From contig CAWJUA010000013.1 of NCBI GenBank assembly GCA_963845925.1, positions 33,507-97,506 of the forward strand: a stretch of DNA of 64,000 bases, in the 5' to 3' direction. Both the position numbers and the translations under genes were made by a program. This document shows positions 1 to 11,262 of this stretch, in pieces. Each line of letters opens with the position of its first letter. Position 1 is the stretch's first letter. The stretch is from an uncultured Chloroflexia bacterium (lineage in GTDB: Bacteria > Chloroflexota > Limnocylindria > Limnocylindrales > CSP1-4). The notes beneath the pieces were generated by a model. It saw only the letters and a program-made list of their open reading frames with translations. It ran no database searches and was not told the DNA's origin.

Positions 1-259
1 CTTGCGGGCAGGCGGCGTGAGGAGCCCCCTGCCCATGACGGGTTGGCTCAGCGTCGTCGATGCGGGCAAGGGAGTCGCGGGGCCCGAACGGGTGACGCCG
101 TTCTTCGCTGATCAAACGGCTACGCGGCGCCGACAGATACCGGCCGGGGGGACCAGCGGCGGCGGTACCTTCGTCATGTCCGGTCTGGTGCGGTAGGGAT
201 CGGAGGGCTCCGGTTCGAGCTGCAGGGTCGCGTGGACCCGGGCGCACCGCCGCCGGGAC

Positions 260-1111
260 CTAGCCGGACGAGCCCTCCGCGGGCGGTTCCGCGTGCCGGC
301 CGGCGTCCCGCAGCCGCTCGTCGTAGCGGGCATCGCGCCAGGCGAGCGCCGCCTTGAGGCCGTCGCGGCGGACGATCTCGTCAAACGCCCGCGACGTCTC
401 CGAGAGGTTGATGAACGACTGGACGTCGAGGCCCATCTCGACGGCCTGCGCGAACCCCGCCGCGTCCATCGCCCGGTTCAGCATCTGCTTCGTCGGGGCC
501 ATGACGTCGGGCTCGACGCGGGCGAGGCGGTCGGCGAGGGCGTCGACCTCGGCGGCGAGGCGGTCCGCCGGCACGACGCGGTTGACGAGGCCGATCCGCT
601 CCGCCTCCCGGGCGTCGATCAGGTCGCCGGTCAGCAACAGCTCGCGGGTCTTCTTCTGGCCGATGACGAACGGCATGAGCAGCGTCACCGGCGCCGAGCC
701 GAACCGGATCTCGGGCTCGCCGAGCCGGGCGTCCTCCGCGGCCACGATCAGGTCGCAGGCCATCGCCAGCTCGAGCCCGCCGGCAATCGCGTAGCCGTGG
801 ACCTGGGCGATGACCGGTTTGGGGCAATGGAGGACCGCGAGCGTCGCCGCCACGTCGCGGCCGAGCACGTCGCGCCAGCCGAGCGCGGTCGCGGGCTGCT
901 CCTCGGACAGGTCGTAGCCGGAGCAGAACGCCCGGCCGGCGCCGGCGATCGCGATGACCCGGACGCGCTCGTCCGCGGCGGCGTCGGCGATCGCGGCGGT
1001 GAGCGCGTCGCGGAGCTCCGCGTTGAGCGCGTTCAGCTTGTCGGGACGGTTGAGCGTCAGCCGGACGCCCCACGGCGTCGGATCGCGCAGGACGAGCGGC
1101 TCGCCGCTCAC
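260..1111 (-). CDS. Enoyl-CoA hydratase/isomerase (crotonase) family protein
   Basis: Motifs LNRPDKLNAL, FCSGYDL, GYAIAGGLELAMACD and PEIRFG. Confidence 0.93.
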   Translation of the reverse strand: MSGEPLVLRDPTPWGVRLTLNRPDKLNALNAELRDALTAAIADAAADERVRVIAIAGAGRAFCSGYDLSEEQPATALGWRDVLGRDVAATLAVLHCPKPVIAQVHGYAIAGGLELAMACDLIVAAEDARLGEPEIRFGSAPVTLLMPFVIGQKKTRELLLTGDLIDAREAERIGLVNRVVPADRLAAEVDALADRLARVEPDVMAPTKQMLNRAMDAAGFAQAVEMGLDVQSFINLSETSRAFDEIVRRDGLKAALAWRDARYDERLRDAGRHAEPPAEGSSG

Positions 1112-3349
1112 GGTGCGGCGAGGACGACGAGGGCGTCGACCGCAACGGCCCCGGACGGGCCGGCAATCAGCGGGTTGAGGTCGATCGCGGCGATGTCCGG
1201 GCGTTCGAACCCGAGCCGGCTGACGGCGGCGACGACCTCGGCGACGGCGGCGCGATCGACGGCCAGCGCGCCTCGGACGCCGTCGAGCAGCCGGGCGCCG
1301 CGCAGCCGGGCGAGCATCGCCAGCGCCTCTTCGCGGTCGAGTGGCGCGAGCCCCACGACGACGTCGTCGAGCGCCTCGGCGAGGGTCCCGCCGAGCCCGA
1401 CGAGGACGACCGGTCCCACCTGGGGGTCGCGGGCGAGCCCGACGATCAGCTCGAGGCCCGGCGGCGCCATCGGCTCGACGACGAGCCCGCGGACGTCAGC
1501 GCCGCCGATCCGCAGCCCGGCGCCGATCGCGAGCAGGTCCGCGGCGGCGCGACGGACCGTTGCCGCGTCCGGCAGGTTGAGCCTGACGCCGCCGACGTCC
1601 GTCTTGTGGGCGAGGCCCGCGGCGTCGAGCTTCAGCGCCACCGGGAACCCGAGCTCTCCGGCGGCGGCCACGGCGCTGTCGGCGTCGATCGCGGGCAGCG
1701 CCTTCGTCACGGACACGCCCGCCGCCGCGAGCAGCGCGAGGCTGTCCCGTTCGGAGAGCGCCGCGCCACGGGGCGCCGGCACCTCGGCCGCCGAAGCCGG
1801 CACGGCCCCGGCCTCATGGGCCCACCGGGTCCGGTCGGCCGCCAGGTCCGGCCAGCCCGGTCGGCGAGGTCCCTCGCGCAGGCGCCGCGCCCGCGCAGCC
1901 TCCCAGCGCGCGATCGAGGCGATCGCCCGGAACGCCTCGACGGTCCCGCGCAGCATCGGGATGCCGCCGGCCGCGTCGAGCTGGGCCTTCGTCTCGGGTG
2001 TCGGCGCCCCCGACGTCAACGAGACGTACACCGGCAGCAGCGCAGGCTTGCCCGCCGTCGCCCGGATCAGCTCCGCGGTCACCTCGCGGGCCGTCTCGAC
2101 CTCCGAGGCCAGCGACCGGTACGGGAAGTCGTGGACGAGGGCGATGACGTCGTACGCGCCCGATTCGGCGAACGTGTCGAAGGCCGCGCCGTAGGCCGTC
2201 GTCGGGTCGGTCGCGCCCCACGGATCGAGCGGGTTGCCGATGTAGCCGAGCGTCGGCAGGCGCTCGAGCAGCGCAGCCCGGGCTTCGTCCGGGACCGGCG
2301 GCAGGTCGACCCCGGTCCGCGGCGCGAGGTCCGCGATCAGCGAGGCCTCGCCGGTCGAGACCGTCGACGACGCCGGTCCGGCCGCGCCCGACGCGCCGGC
2401 CCAGCCGCCGCGCGCCCTCGACCAGCTCGGCCGTCTCGAGCAGCTCGTCGAGGTCGTCGCAGCGGATCACGCCGGCCGCCCGCAGCGCGGCGTCGGTCGC
2501 CCGGTCCTCGCCGGCGAGCGACCCGGAATGGGCGATCGCCGCGGCCTGGGCCTGCGGGCTGCGCCCGACCTTGACGACCATGACCGGCTTGTCGAGCTCG
2601 AGCGCGCGGTCGGCGAGCGCGAGGAACCGCTCCGGGCGCTTGAAGCCCTCGAGGAACAGGATCACGGCGTGCGTCTCGGGGTCGTCGAGGCAGTAGGCGA
2701 GGAAGTCGCACGCGTCGAGGACGACCTCGCTGCCGCAGCCGATGATCCGCGAGAAGCCGATCCGGTTGCCGGCGTGGATGAACGCGTCGGTGACCGAGCC
2801 CGACTGGGCGATCCCGGCGACGCCGCCGCGCGGCTGCCACGGGTTGACGTCGCCGATGTAGGTCGCGGCGTTCGTGGTCCGGTCGACCATGCCCATGCAG
2901 TTGGGTCCGAGGAGCGCGATCCCGTGGTCGCGGGCGATCGCGGCGACCTCGCGCTGCATCCGGGCCGCGGCCTCGCCGCCCTCGACGACGCCGCCGCCGG
3001 GGATGACGACGCTCGGCACGCCGGCGCGGGCCGCGTCCTCGACGACCGTGGTCGCGCGCAGCGGGTTGACCGCGACCAGGACGCTGTCCGGGACCTCCGG
3101 CAGCGCGGCGAGCGACGGGTAGCAGGGCTGGCCGTGGAGCTCCTCGTAGCGCGGGTTCACGAAGTGGCAGCGGGTCGCGCTGCCCATCACCCGGAGGTTG
3201 TTCGCGACGGTCTCGGCGATCCCGCCGCGGGCGGACGCACCGACGACGGCGATCGAACGCGGGGCGAACAGCGGCCGGAGGTCGATCGGCGGGAGGCCAT
3301 GCTCCGCGCTCGCCGGAGCGGCGTCGCTCGTCGTCGCCTCAGGGCTCAT
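1108..3349 (-). CDS. ADP-forming acyl-CoA synthetase (CoA-binding, ligase and ATP-grasp domains); frameshift near 2365
   Basis: N-terminal part PRSIAVVGAS, LGPNCMG, QSGS, HSGSLAG from ATG 3349; C-terminal part HKTDVGGV and IDLNPL in ORF 1108..2082. Removing one base near 2365 restores GVVTVSTGEASLIAD. Confidence 0.85.
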
Positions 3350-4524
3350 CCGACGACCCGCGCGACGCCTCGCCGCTCGAGGGCCCGGGCGATGATCAGC
3401 CGCTGGATCTCCGACGTGCCCTCCCAGATCCGGTCGACGCGGAGCTCGCGGAAGAAGCGCTCGGCGGCGTTCTCCCGCATGTAGCCGCGGCCACCGAAGA
3501 CCTGGACGACGCGGTCGGCGCAGCGGAACGCGGCCTCGCTGGCGAACAGCTTCGCGAGCGACGACTTGGCGTGGACGACCTTCGGGTCGGCGGCCGCGTC
3601 CTGGAGGGCGGCCGCCTCGCGCGTCAGCAGCCGGGCGGCCGCCGCATCCGCCGCCGAATCGGCCAGCGGGAACGAGACGCCCTGGAAGTCGTAGATCCGC
3701 TCGCCGAACTGCTCCCGCCCGGTGGCCCACTCGACGGCCATCGTCAGCAGCCGCTCCATCGCCCCGGCGCAGCGCGCCCCGATGTGGATCCGCTCCTCGA
3801 CGAACCACTCGTTCGTCAGCTCGTCGGCCCTGCCCACCCCGCCGAGGACCGCCGACGTCGGCACGCGCACGTCCTCGAGGACGAACTGCGGATGGCGGTC
3901 GGCGAACGTGTGCGTGTAGTCGGGGTCGTGCTTGAGCGTCACGCCCGGCGTGTCGTAGTCGACGAGGAACAGCGTCGGGTGCTGGGTGTCGGCCGGCTCG
4001 ATGACGTTGCAGTGGAAGATCATGAAGTCCGTGTCCGGGGCGCCGGTCACGAACCACTTCTCACCGTTGAGGACGTACTCGCCCGTGGCGGCGTCGCGCG
4101 TCGCGGTCGCGGCGAGGGTCCGTGCGTCGGAGCCGGCGCCAGGCTCGGTGATCGCGTAGCTGCCGTTGCGCTCGCCGCGGAGCGATGGGTCGAGATAGCG
4201 CCGGCGCTGGTCGGCGTCGCAGTGGATGAGCGCGTTGTAGGCGCCGGGGATGAGCCCCCAGAGGCCGCCGGTCACCTGGCCGAGCTGTTCCTGGACGACG
4301 ACCTGGTCGAGGGCTCCCCAGCCCTGGCCGCCCAGGCTCGTCGGGAAGCTGCCGCCATGGAGGTTCGCGGCGATGGCCGCTCGCTTGACGTCGCCGGCGA
4401 CGGCGTCGTCGAGATGTCCGCCGGCCGCCTCGAACGGCTCCTCGAGCGGCTGGAGCACGTCCCGGGCGAACGCCCGCGCCCGCGTCTGGAGCTCGAGCTG
4501 GGCCGGGCTGAGCGTCAGATCCAC
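3346..4524 (-). CDS. Acyl-CoA dehydrogenase family protein
   Basis: Motifs AITEPGAGSD, LNGEKWFVT, REQFG, QVFGGRGY and IWEGTSEIQR. Confidence 0.95.
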   Translation of the reverse strand: MDLTLSPAQLELQTRARAFARDVLQPLEEPFEAAGGHLDDAVAGDVKRAAIAANLHGGSFPTSLGGQGWGALDQVVVQEQLGQVTGGLWGLIPGAYNALIHCDADQRRRYLDPSLRGERNGSYAITEPGAGSDARTLAATATRDAATGEYVLNGEKWFVTGAPDTDFMIFHCNVIEPADTQHPTLFLVDYDTPGVTLKHDPDYTHTFADRHPQFVLEDVRVPTSAVLGGVGRADELTNEWFVEERIHIGARCAGAMERLLTMAVEWATGREQFGERIYDFQGVSFPLADSAADAAAARLLTREAAALQDAAADPKVVHAKSSLAKLFASEAAFRCADRVVQVFGGRGYMRENAAERFFRELRVDRIWEGTSEIQRLIIARALERRGVARVVG

Positions 4525-4604
4525 GCCCGGAGTGTGACCCCGGCCCGTCGCGCCGCGGCCTGCCGGTTCCGTCAGGCGGCGCGAGCGGCGGCCGCGATCG
4601 GTCG

Positions 4605-5804
4605 TCAGTCCCCGCGAACGACGTCCTGGCGGTTGCTGGTCTGGCCCGCCGTGTAGGAATCGATGACAAGATCGGCGATCCGTGGCCAGCCAAGCGGCCC
4701 GGCTCGGACCGCGGCGACGCCCCGGTCGAGCCGCGAGCGCGACGGCGGGTCGGTCAGCACCCGGACGATCGCCTCGGCCAGGGCGGCGCCGTCGCCCGGC
4801 GGGACCAGCAGCCCGGTCGTCCCATCATCGACGTACTCGGGCAGGCCACCGACTGCGCTCGCCACGACCGGCGTCCCGAACGCATAGGCGGTCATGATCA
4901 CGCCGCTCTGGGTCGAATCGAGATAGGGACACGCGACAAGCGTCGCCTCGGCCATGAGCCGAGCCAAGCGATCGGGGGCCACATGACCTTCGATGACCTC
5001 CATCCGCCCACCGTTCCCGAGGGCTGGCGGGCGCGGCGGCTGGTAGCCGGCGATCGCGCGGCCGGCGACGACGAATGTGACATCGGGGACGCGCTCGGCC
5101 ACACGCGGCGCGGCGGCGTAGAGCACGTCGAGGCCCTTGTATGGGGCGATCCTGCCGGCGAACAGCACCGTCTTCGGGGCTCGCTCCACCGGCCCGGCGA
5201 GCCACTCCCGGGCGACGTCGTAGACACCGAGGGGCGCCACGTCGATCCGGCCGGGCGCGATGCCGTACCGCGCGGCGAACGGAGCGCGCATCGCCTCGCT
5301 GTGCAGGCGATAGCGAGAAACGCGGCGGGAGGCAAGCCGCCTGCCGAGCTCGATCCGCCGGTTGGCGTCACCGGCGTGGGGCACCGGGTCGTGGACGTTC
5401 ATCAGATCGATCCTGGGCAGCCGCGGGAGCGCCATGGCGAGGCGCAGTGAGCCGTCGTCGAAGTGGACGACGTCCGGCTCGAGTTGATCGATCGCACGCA
5501 GCACGCGGAGACTGGTCGGAACCGTGGCCGGATGGACGGTGCGGGCGTTGTCAAAGACCGCGAGGCGGAAGGTGCCCGCATCCTTCCAGTACTCCCGGAC
5601 GCCGGCCGGGACGGTCGGTCCGAGGACTGGGTCTGCGTCGATGACTCCGCTCGGGATCGCGGCCGACGTCAGGGCCAGCATTGAGCCGAGCGACTTCGGC
5701 GTGACCTCCATCATGAGATGGAACTCGCACCGGCGAGACATCTCCCGGGCGAACTCGAGCGCCGGCTCGGCGAAGAACGGGTGCGTGTAGAACAGGACGC
5801 GCAT
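4605..5804 (-). CDS. Glycosyltransferase family 4 (GT-B)
   Basis: FAGRIAPYKG, PYLDSTQSGV and PVVASAVGGLPE motifs. Confidence 0.9.
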   Translation of the reverse strand: MRVLFYTHPFFAEPALEFAREMSRRCEFHLMMEVTPKSLGSMLALTSAAIPSGVIDADPVLGPTVPAGVREYWKDAGTFRLAVFDNARTVHPATVPTSLRVLRAIDQLEPDVVHFDDGSLRLAMALPRLPRIDLMNVHDPVPHAGDANRRIELGRRLASRRVSRYRLHSEAMRAPFAARYGIAPGRIDVAPLGVYDVAREWLAGPVERAPKTVLFAGRIAPYKGLDVLYAAAPRVAERVPDVTFVVAGRAIAGYQPPRPPALGNGGRMEVIEGHVAPDRLARLMAEATLVACPYLDSTQSGVIMTAYAFGTPVVASAVGGLPEYVDDGTTGLLVPPGDGAALAEAIVRVLTDPPSRSRLDRGVAAVRAGPLGWPRIADLVIDSYTAGQTSNRQDVVRGD

Positions 5805-5807
5805 GGC

Positions 5808-7334
5808 TCAGCGGACGCCCGCTCCGTGGACCCACCGGACGGTGGCCAGGGCCACGGAGCGGACCATCTCCCGCTCGGGGCGCGTCGCGTCCAGGAGCGG
5901 GTAGAGCCCGGCGTAGACGGCGAGGCCGACTGCGGCAGGGATCAGGAAGTCGAGTCCGGTCGGTGCCAGCCATTCGCGCATGCCCAGGAGCACCAGCGCC
6001 ATCGGGAGGGCCGGAAGGAGCGGCGGGAGGATCATCTCGCGGAGCCCGACACCCTGGTCGATCCTGACGACGCGAAGCCCGTAGGGCAGCACGAGCATCG
6101 CCTCGATCGCCGTCGGGATGAGCGTCCCGTAGGCGACTCCCGTCACGCCGAGGACCTGGACGAGGACGATGGAGAGCCCGATATTGGCCAGCCCGCTCGC
6201 GATCGACAGGACTGCGATCCGGTGGTGTCGGTCCATGCCCTGCAGCAACGTCGCCGCCGGCCAGGACACGCCCCGGAACAACGCTGCGACGGCAAGAATG
6301 GTGACGAGCGGGGCCGCTGCCGCATAGGCCGGACCGACCCAGGCAGTCAGGACGGGCGCGGCGAAGATCACGAGGATCAGCGAGCTCGGCACCAGAACCG
6401 CGAGCGTGAGCCGCGTCGAGACGATGTAGACGGCACGCAGCCGGACGGCATCCTGGGTGGCGACGAGCTCGGACGACACGGGCAGGAGGACCTTGATGAA
6501 CTGGTCCGCAACCAGCAGGGCGATCTCGGACAGCCGGCGGGCCAGCGCGTAGGGGGTGACCAGGGCGATCGGGAGGAACGCTGCGATGACCACCTCGTCG
6601 GTCCGGGTCTGCAGGGTCGCCGACGCGTTCAGGGCGAATGAGGCACCACCGAACTTCGTGATCCGCGAGAGCTGCCCGCGCCAGGGTCCGGCCCAGCCGA
6701 AGTCGAGCTCTGGAGCGGTCCGCCGGACCAGCGCGACGCTGACGAGCTGCATGAGCACCGTGACCGGCACGCTGGCCGCGACCATGCCGACGAGCCCGGC
6801 GCCGGCGAGGAGGGCCACGACGGTCACGGCGGCCGTGAGCAGCGTTCCGGTCGTGACGACGAGGTTGTAGAGATCGAACCGCTGGAGGCCGCGCAGGACG
6901 GCCGTCGCCGGCATGAACGCGAGCGACACGCCGATGCTGAGGCCGGTCAGGAAGATCGCCCAGCCCGTCGAGGGCTGGTCGGCCGGCGGGATGTTGAGAA
7001 GGGTCGGAGCCACGAAAGCAACGCACGTACCCAGGGCGACCGCGATGAGCCCCAGGACCAGGTAGACGCGGAGGGCCGCGGCCACCAGGGCGTGCGCCTC
7101 GTCCCATTCGCCACGCGCCCGGAACTCGGCGACGTACTTGACGACTGCCCCGGCGACTCCGAGGTCGAGGAGGTAGCCATACGCCCCGATCGAGCCGACA
7201 AGCACCCAGACGCCGTAGGCAACGGGGCCGAGCCTGCCGAGGATGAACGGCGTCAGCAGGAACCACGTCCCGAGCGCGATCGCCTTCCCGGCGAAGTTGG
7301 TGGCGCCCCCGATCGCGACCCGGCGGGCGATCAC
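5808..7334 (-). CDS. Polysaccharide flippase (Wzx/MOP superfamily)
   Basis: Many hydrophobic segments and LGPVAYGVW..LDLG. GTG at 7334 overlaps the upstream stop (GTGA). The longer ORF to 8294 results from an upstream frameshift. Confidence 0.85.
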   Translation of the reverse strand: MIARRVAIGGATNFAGKAIALGTWFLLTPFILGRLGPVAYGVWVLVGSIGAYGYLLDLGVAGAVVKYVAEFRARGEWDEAHALVAAALRVYLVLGLIAVALGTCVAFVAPTLLNIPPADQPSTGWAIFLTGLSIGVSLAFMPATAVLRGLQRFDLYNLVVTTGTLLTAAVTVVALLAGAGLVGMVAASVPVTVLMQLVSVALVRRTAPELDFGWAGPWRGQLSRITKFGGASFALNASATLQTRTDEVVIAAFLPIALVTPYALARRLSEIALLVADQFIKVLLPVSSELVATQDAVRLRAVYIVSTRLTLAVLVPSSLILVIFAAPVLTAWVGPAYAAAAPLVTILAVAALFRGVSWPAATLLQGMDRHHRIAVLSIASGLANIGLSIVLVQVLGVTGVAYGTLIPTAIEAMLVLPYGLRVVRIDQGVGLREMILPPLLPALPMALVLLGMREWLAPTGLDFLIPAAVGLAVYAGLYPLLDATRPEREMVRSVALATVRWVHGAGVR

Positions 7335-8294
7335 CGGAAGCGACGGTTGGAGACCAGCCACTCGAACATTCCGGAAAGGAAACCGCCGATCCAGGCAAGC
7401 TCGGCGCGAGCGAGGTTGGGCGAGCGGGCGGAGCGGCGCACGCTCCGCCAGTACTCGGGCTGCGAATCGGCGAGCGACGCGTGAATGTCGATCCAGGCCG
7501 CCCGCGGCAGTCGCCTCACATGGTTGACGAGCGTCCCGATCATCCGCCGGAGCATGTACCGGTCCTCGAACGAGAGGTGCTTCGCGTAGAAGGCTCCCTG
7601 GCCACGGCCGTAGCCATGCCTGAGGGCCACGTACGATCGATCGTCCCGCCAGGCCCGATGGTAGACGACGGATTCCGGGTCGAACACGATCCGGTATCCG
7701 GCCTCGAGGCAGCCTGAACCCGAAATCATTGTCCTCGGCCGCCGGGAATGGCGTCCCCGGGCCGAGTCTGACGTCAAATCCCCCGATCTCGGCGTGGGCC
7801 GATCGCGGGAAGGCCACGTTGAACGTTGCCAGCGGATCCTGGTAGACGCGGCCCTCGTATTCGACGCGTTCCGTTCCGGGATGGAGGGATGGCGCGAAGC
7901 CCCCGTCGATCTCGGCATCCGTCGCCAGCACCCGACCGGTGACGACGGCCCGCGGCCCGGCAGCGCGGAGCGACCGCACGATCGTGCCGAACCACTCGGG
8001 CGGAACGAGGACGTCGTCGTCCGTGAAGACGATCGTGGGGTGGCTCGCCGCCCTGACCGCGACGTTCCGGCTGCGGCTGAGCCCGACGGTCGCGGAGTGG
8101 AGATAGCGGAACGCGCAGCGTGGAGTCGAAAAGCCGGCCAGGCCGGGGTGTGGCTCGACGCTCTGATCGACGATGAGGAGCTCGTCCGGGACCTCCGCGC
8201 CCTCGAGGACGGACGCGACGACGCGAGACAGGAACTCCGGCCGGTCGCGCGAGCACACGATCAGCGTGGTCCCGGTCGCGTCGTCCCCGATCAC
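7331..8294 (-). CDS. Glycosyltransferase family 2; frameshift near 7708
   Basis: IVDQS, GLSRSRN, FTDDD, GGFD and AEDNDF, continuing as LEAGYRIVFDPESVVYH in ORF 7331..7918 once one base is removed. Confidence 0.85.
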
Positions 8295-9391
8295 ATCAGC
8301 CCAAGCGTTGCGAGCTGGGCCGTGAGCTGTTCGACGGCCCGTTCCCAGGTGAACTCGATCCCCACCATCGACCGACCGCGCGGACCGACTCCCCTGGCCT
8401 CGTCGAATCGCAGCAGCGCCGCGGCCAGGCTCGTTGCGTCAGGCGTCGCCAGGACCGCGGCGTCGTAGCGTTGCAGCACCGGTGCCACGTGGAGCACGCT
8501 CGAGACGATGCTCGGGATCCCCAGCGAGAGGACCTCGAGCAGGGCCACGCTGTGGCTCTCCCAGCGCGAAGGCAGCACGAAGCCCTCAGCGTCGAGCAGG
8601 AAGCGCCGTTTCTCCATGCCGCTGATCGGGCCCCCGATGCGGACCGATCTGTAGAGGTCCGGCCGGCGGGCGAGCTGCTCTCGAAGGCTCGCGAGTCCGC
8701 CGCGGTAGTCATAGCCCCGGAGCATGATCGTCGGCCGCCGATCGGGCGGAATGTGGCCGAGCGCGTCCAGCAGCACGTCGAGGCCTTTGTGCGTGGGATC
8801 GTACCGACCAACCCAGGCGAGGTAGCCGCCGCCACCGCGCCACTCCTGATCCGGGATCTCGACGCCCGTCGGTGCCACGACGGTCTTCGCCTGCGGAGCG
8901 AGGGCCATGACCGACGGCGACTCGGATTGGAAGAACAGGTGCACCGCCGCCGCTCGACTGAGCACCCGTCGCTCGACGGCCTCGCGAACCGCGAGCGGTG
9001 GCCGCAGGTAGCGGCGCCAGGCCGGCTCGTACACGCCGTGCGGCATCACCACGTACGGCACGCCGGCCCGCGACGCGCTCTCGGCGGCGATGGTGTTGCT
9101 TGACACCCAGCCCTCGTGGAGGACGAGGATGTCGCCCGGCTGCAGATGGCGCGCGAGGTCGACCGGGTGCCGGGTGAGTCTGCCCCGGCCGCGATGGGCG
9201 ATGCGCTGATGCTTGACGGTGGCACCCCGCGAGCTGACGAACGGCTCGGCGGCCTGTCGGCTGGCGCGACCGTCGGCGTGGAGCACGACCGACTCGAACC
9301 CGGCCGCGGCGAGGGCCGTGGCCCAGCCCCAGAGGGCCACGGTGACGCCTGAGTCACCCATCGCGTCCGGGTAGTAGTGGACGAAACGCAT
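8291..9391 (-). CDS. Glycosyltransferase family 4
   Basis: VGRYDPTHKGLD and PSRWESHSVALLE; ATG 9391 overlaps the upstream stop. Confidence 0.88.
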   Translation of the reverse strand: MRFVHYYPDAMGDSGVTVALWGWATALAAAGFESVVLHADGRASRQAAEPFVSSRGATVKHQRIAHRGRGRLTRHPVDLARHLQPGDILVLHEGWVSSNTIAAESASRAGVPYVVMPHGVYEPAWRRYLRPPLAVREAVERRVLSRAAAVHLFFQSESPSVMALAPQAKTVVAPTGVEIPDQEWRGGGGYLAWVGRYDPTHKGLDVLLDALGHIPPDRRPTIMLRGYDYRGGLASLREQLARRPDLYRSVRIGGPISGMEKRRFLLDAEGFVLPSRWESHSVALLEVLSLGIPSIVSSVLHVAPVLQRYDAAVLATPDATSLAAALLRFDEARGVGPRGRSMVGIEFTWERAVEQLTAQLATLGLM

Positions 9392-11028
9392 CAGCGCGGA
9401 CCCATGAAGCGCATTGGATTTGTCAGCCAGTCGGGATCGAACGTCGCGATCTCGGCGACATAACCGGCGTATCGGTTCTGTGCCCACGGGTCGCGGTCCC
9501 GCATTGCGAGCTGCTGCAGCCGGTCGAATCGATCGAGGGCCTGCTCGACAACCGTCAGCACGACGAGCGCGGGGACGAGGCGCAGGTCGACCTGCAGCGC
9601 CTCGCTGTACCGATGGATCGCCCCTCGGATGGCCGATTGGCCCGGGTCGTCCTCCAGGGACTCCGTCAGGAGGCGACGAAGCTGGTATCGGCGCGCAGGC
9701 TCGCTCGCCCGGCCGTCATGAGCGAAGCTCCAGTGGAGCGACGCGTACACGAGATCCGTGACGGCGGGCCCGTCCCGAGCCACTTCCCAATCGATCACCC
9801 GAACGGTGTTTCCGTCGACGAGGACGTTCCACGGGCCCAGGTCTCGATGACACAGGACAACGGCGAGCTCGGCGCCGACGGCGGTCGTGTAGTCACGGAG
9901 GCGGCCGAACAGGCGATCCACCTCCGCTCGCGGTCCGAAAGCCCGGGCGAAGCGGGCCAGTGGCTCGTCGACATGTCGTGACCAGCCGGGACTGCCCGGC
10001 GCAGCCGGCGACCGGCTGGTCTGCCGGCCGAGCGAGATCAACCACTCGGCGGTGAGGTCGAGGTCCATCCATGGCCCGTGACCGTGATGCCGGCCGGGCA
10101 TCCTTGCGAGCGCCGACGAGCCACGTGCGGCACCCTGGACGATCGCGGGCCTCCCGCCGACGTCGATGAGCGCGATCGGATCGGGGACCGTCGACCGCGT
10201 GGCGGTATCCAACCGGTCCCGCAGATCGACGAGCACCTCGTGCTCGTGGCGGTTCGCCTCGTCGAACTCCGCGTGGCGGCCGATCTTCACGACGACCGCC
10301 GGTGCGGACCCTTCCTCGTCGAAGGCAAGCAGCGTCATGCGGCCCCACGGCTCGACGCCCGCCGCGACCAGGATCGGCGGGATCGACGACGTGCGGACCG
10401 AGGCGGGAACGTCGGGGTGGCCGAGGGCCGCGGGAATGCACAGGGTGGGCCGCCGGCCCGACGTCGCCACGACCGCGAACCTCGGCACGAGCAGGCTGGC
10501 GATCCGAGGCCACCTCACAAGCCGGCCGGCGAGGCGTCGCAGCGCCCCTCGGACGGGGCTTCGATCGGCGTTCGATGTCGAGAGATACCAGGCGATGGGC
10601 CCGGGGGGGTCGACCGGCAGGAAGCGGCTGGGGCGGGACCATCCGGGGCCAACCCAGTACACGGTCAGCGGTATGAGGCCGGCGGCCCGGATCCGGCTCA
10701 GAGCCCGACCCGGGGTGACGACGCTTCGCCTGATGGATCGGCGGTCGATCTCCCAGTACAGGATCCCGCCCGGCGCGAGTGCGTCGACGGCGCGGCCGAG
10801 GGGTTCGCGTGAGCCATGGAGCAGCGCGACAACGTCGGCAGGCCCGTCGACGCTTTCCTCGGTTGTTGCGGACCCGGCCAGGCCCAGGTCGACCGCGAGC
10901 CGGGGAAGATCCAGCCCGCCGCCGAGCAGCAACCAGTGCCCGGGCGTGTCCGATTGGCGCCGGGGCAGCAGAACGTGCCAATCGAGTCGACGGGCGTTGC
11001 CGGTGGCTACGTCGGGTCCCTCCGCCAT
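9391..11028 (-). CDS. Aminoglycoside-phosphotransferase-like kinase with an extra N-terminal domain
   Basis: Kinase motifs VVKI, HRDLGPWNV and IDWE. The N-terminus (LLLGGG..LAPGG.LY.E) resembles a degenerate methyltransferase. Confidence 0.7.
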   Translation of the reverse strand: MAEGPDVATGNARRLDWHVLLPRRQSDTPGHWLLLGGGLDLPRLAVDLGLAGSATTEESVDGPADVVALLHGSREPLGRAVDALAPGGILYWEIDRRSIRRSVVTPGRALSRIRAAGLIPLTVYWVGPGWSRPSRFLPVDPPGPIAWYLSTSNADRSPVRGALRRLAGRLVRWPRIASLLVPRFAVVATSGRRPTLCIPAALGHPDVPASVRTSSIPPILVAAGVEPWGRMTLLAFDEEGSAPAVVVKIGRHAEFDEANRHEHEVLVDLRDRLDTATRSTVPDPIALIDVGGRPAIVQGAARGSSALARMPGRHHGHGPWMDLDLTAEWLISLGRQTSRSPAAPGSPGWSRHVDEPLARFARAFGPRAEVDRLFGRLRDYTTAVGAELAVVLCHRDLGPWNVLVDGNTVRVIDWEVARDGPAVTDLVYASLHWSFAHDGRASEPARRYQLRRLLTESLEDDPGQSAIRGAIHRYSEALQVDLRLVPALVVLTVVEQALDRFDRLQQLAMRDRDPWAQNRYAGYVAEIATFDPDWLTNPMRFMGPR

Positions 11029-11262
11029 GACTGTCCATCCGGACCGTTGGGCTGTGCCGGGCAGTGTAGGGTCGGCTCGTCTGTCGGATGACCCGCCAGA
11101 CGAGCCATTCCACGTGTCCCCGAAGGTCAGGCTGGCCACGGCCAACACCGATGGGCTAGGATCGGCTCCTCAACCCGGCCGCCCGGGCCAGCTCACCTGG
11201 CCCCGTCTCCCCCCAGTAGTCCGGTCGGGCTCGGCGCGCACAGCGTGCCGAGGGAGGACAGC

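Noticed and set aside
1-259. Possible gene start or RNA at the left edge
   Set aside because: No recognisable motif, and too little context.
5808-8294. Apparent 828-aa GT2-flippase fusion
   Set aside because: Produced by the frameshift near 7708; the GT2 ends at 7331 and the flippase starts at the overlapping GTG 7334.
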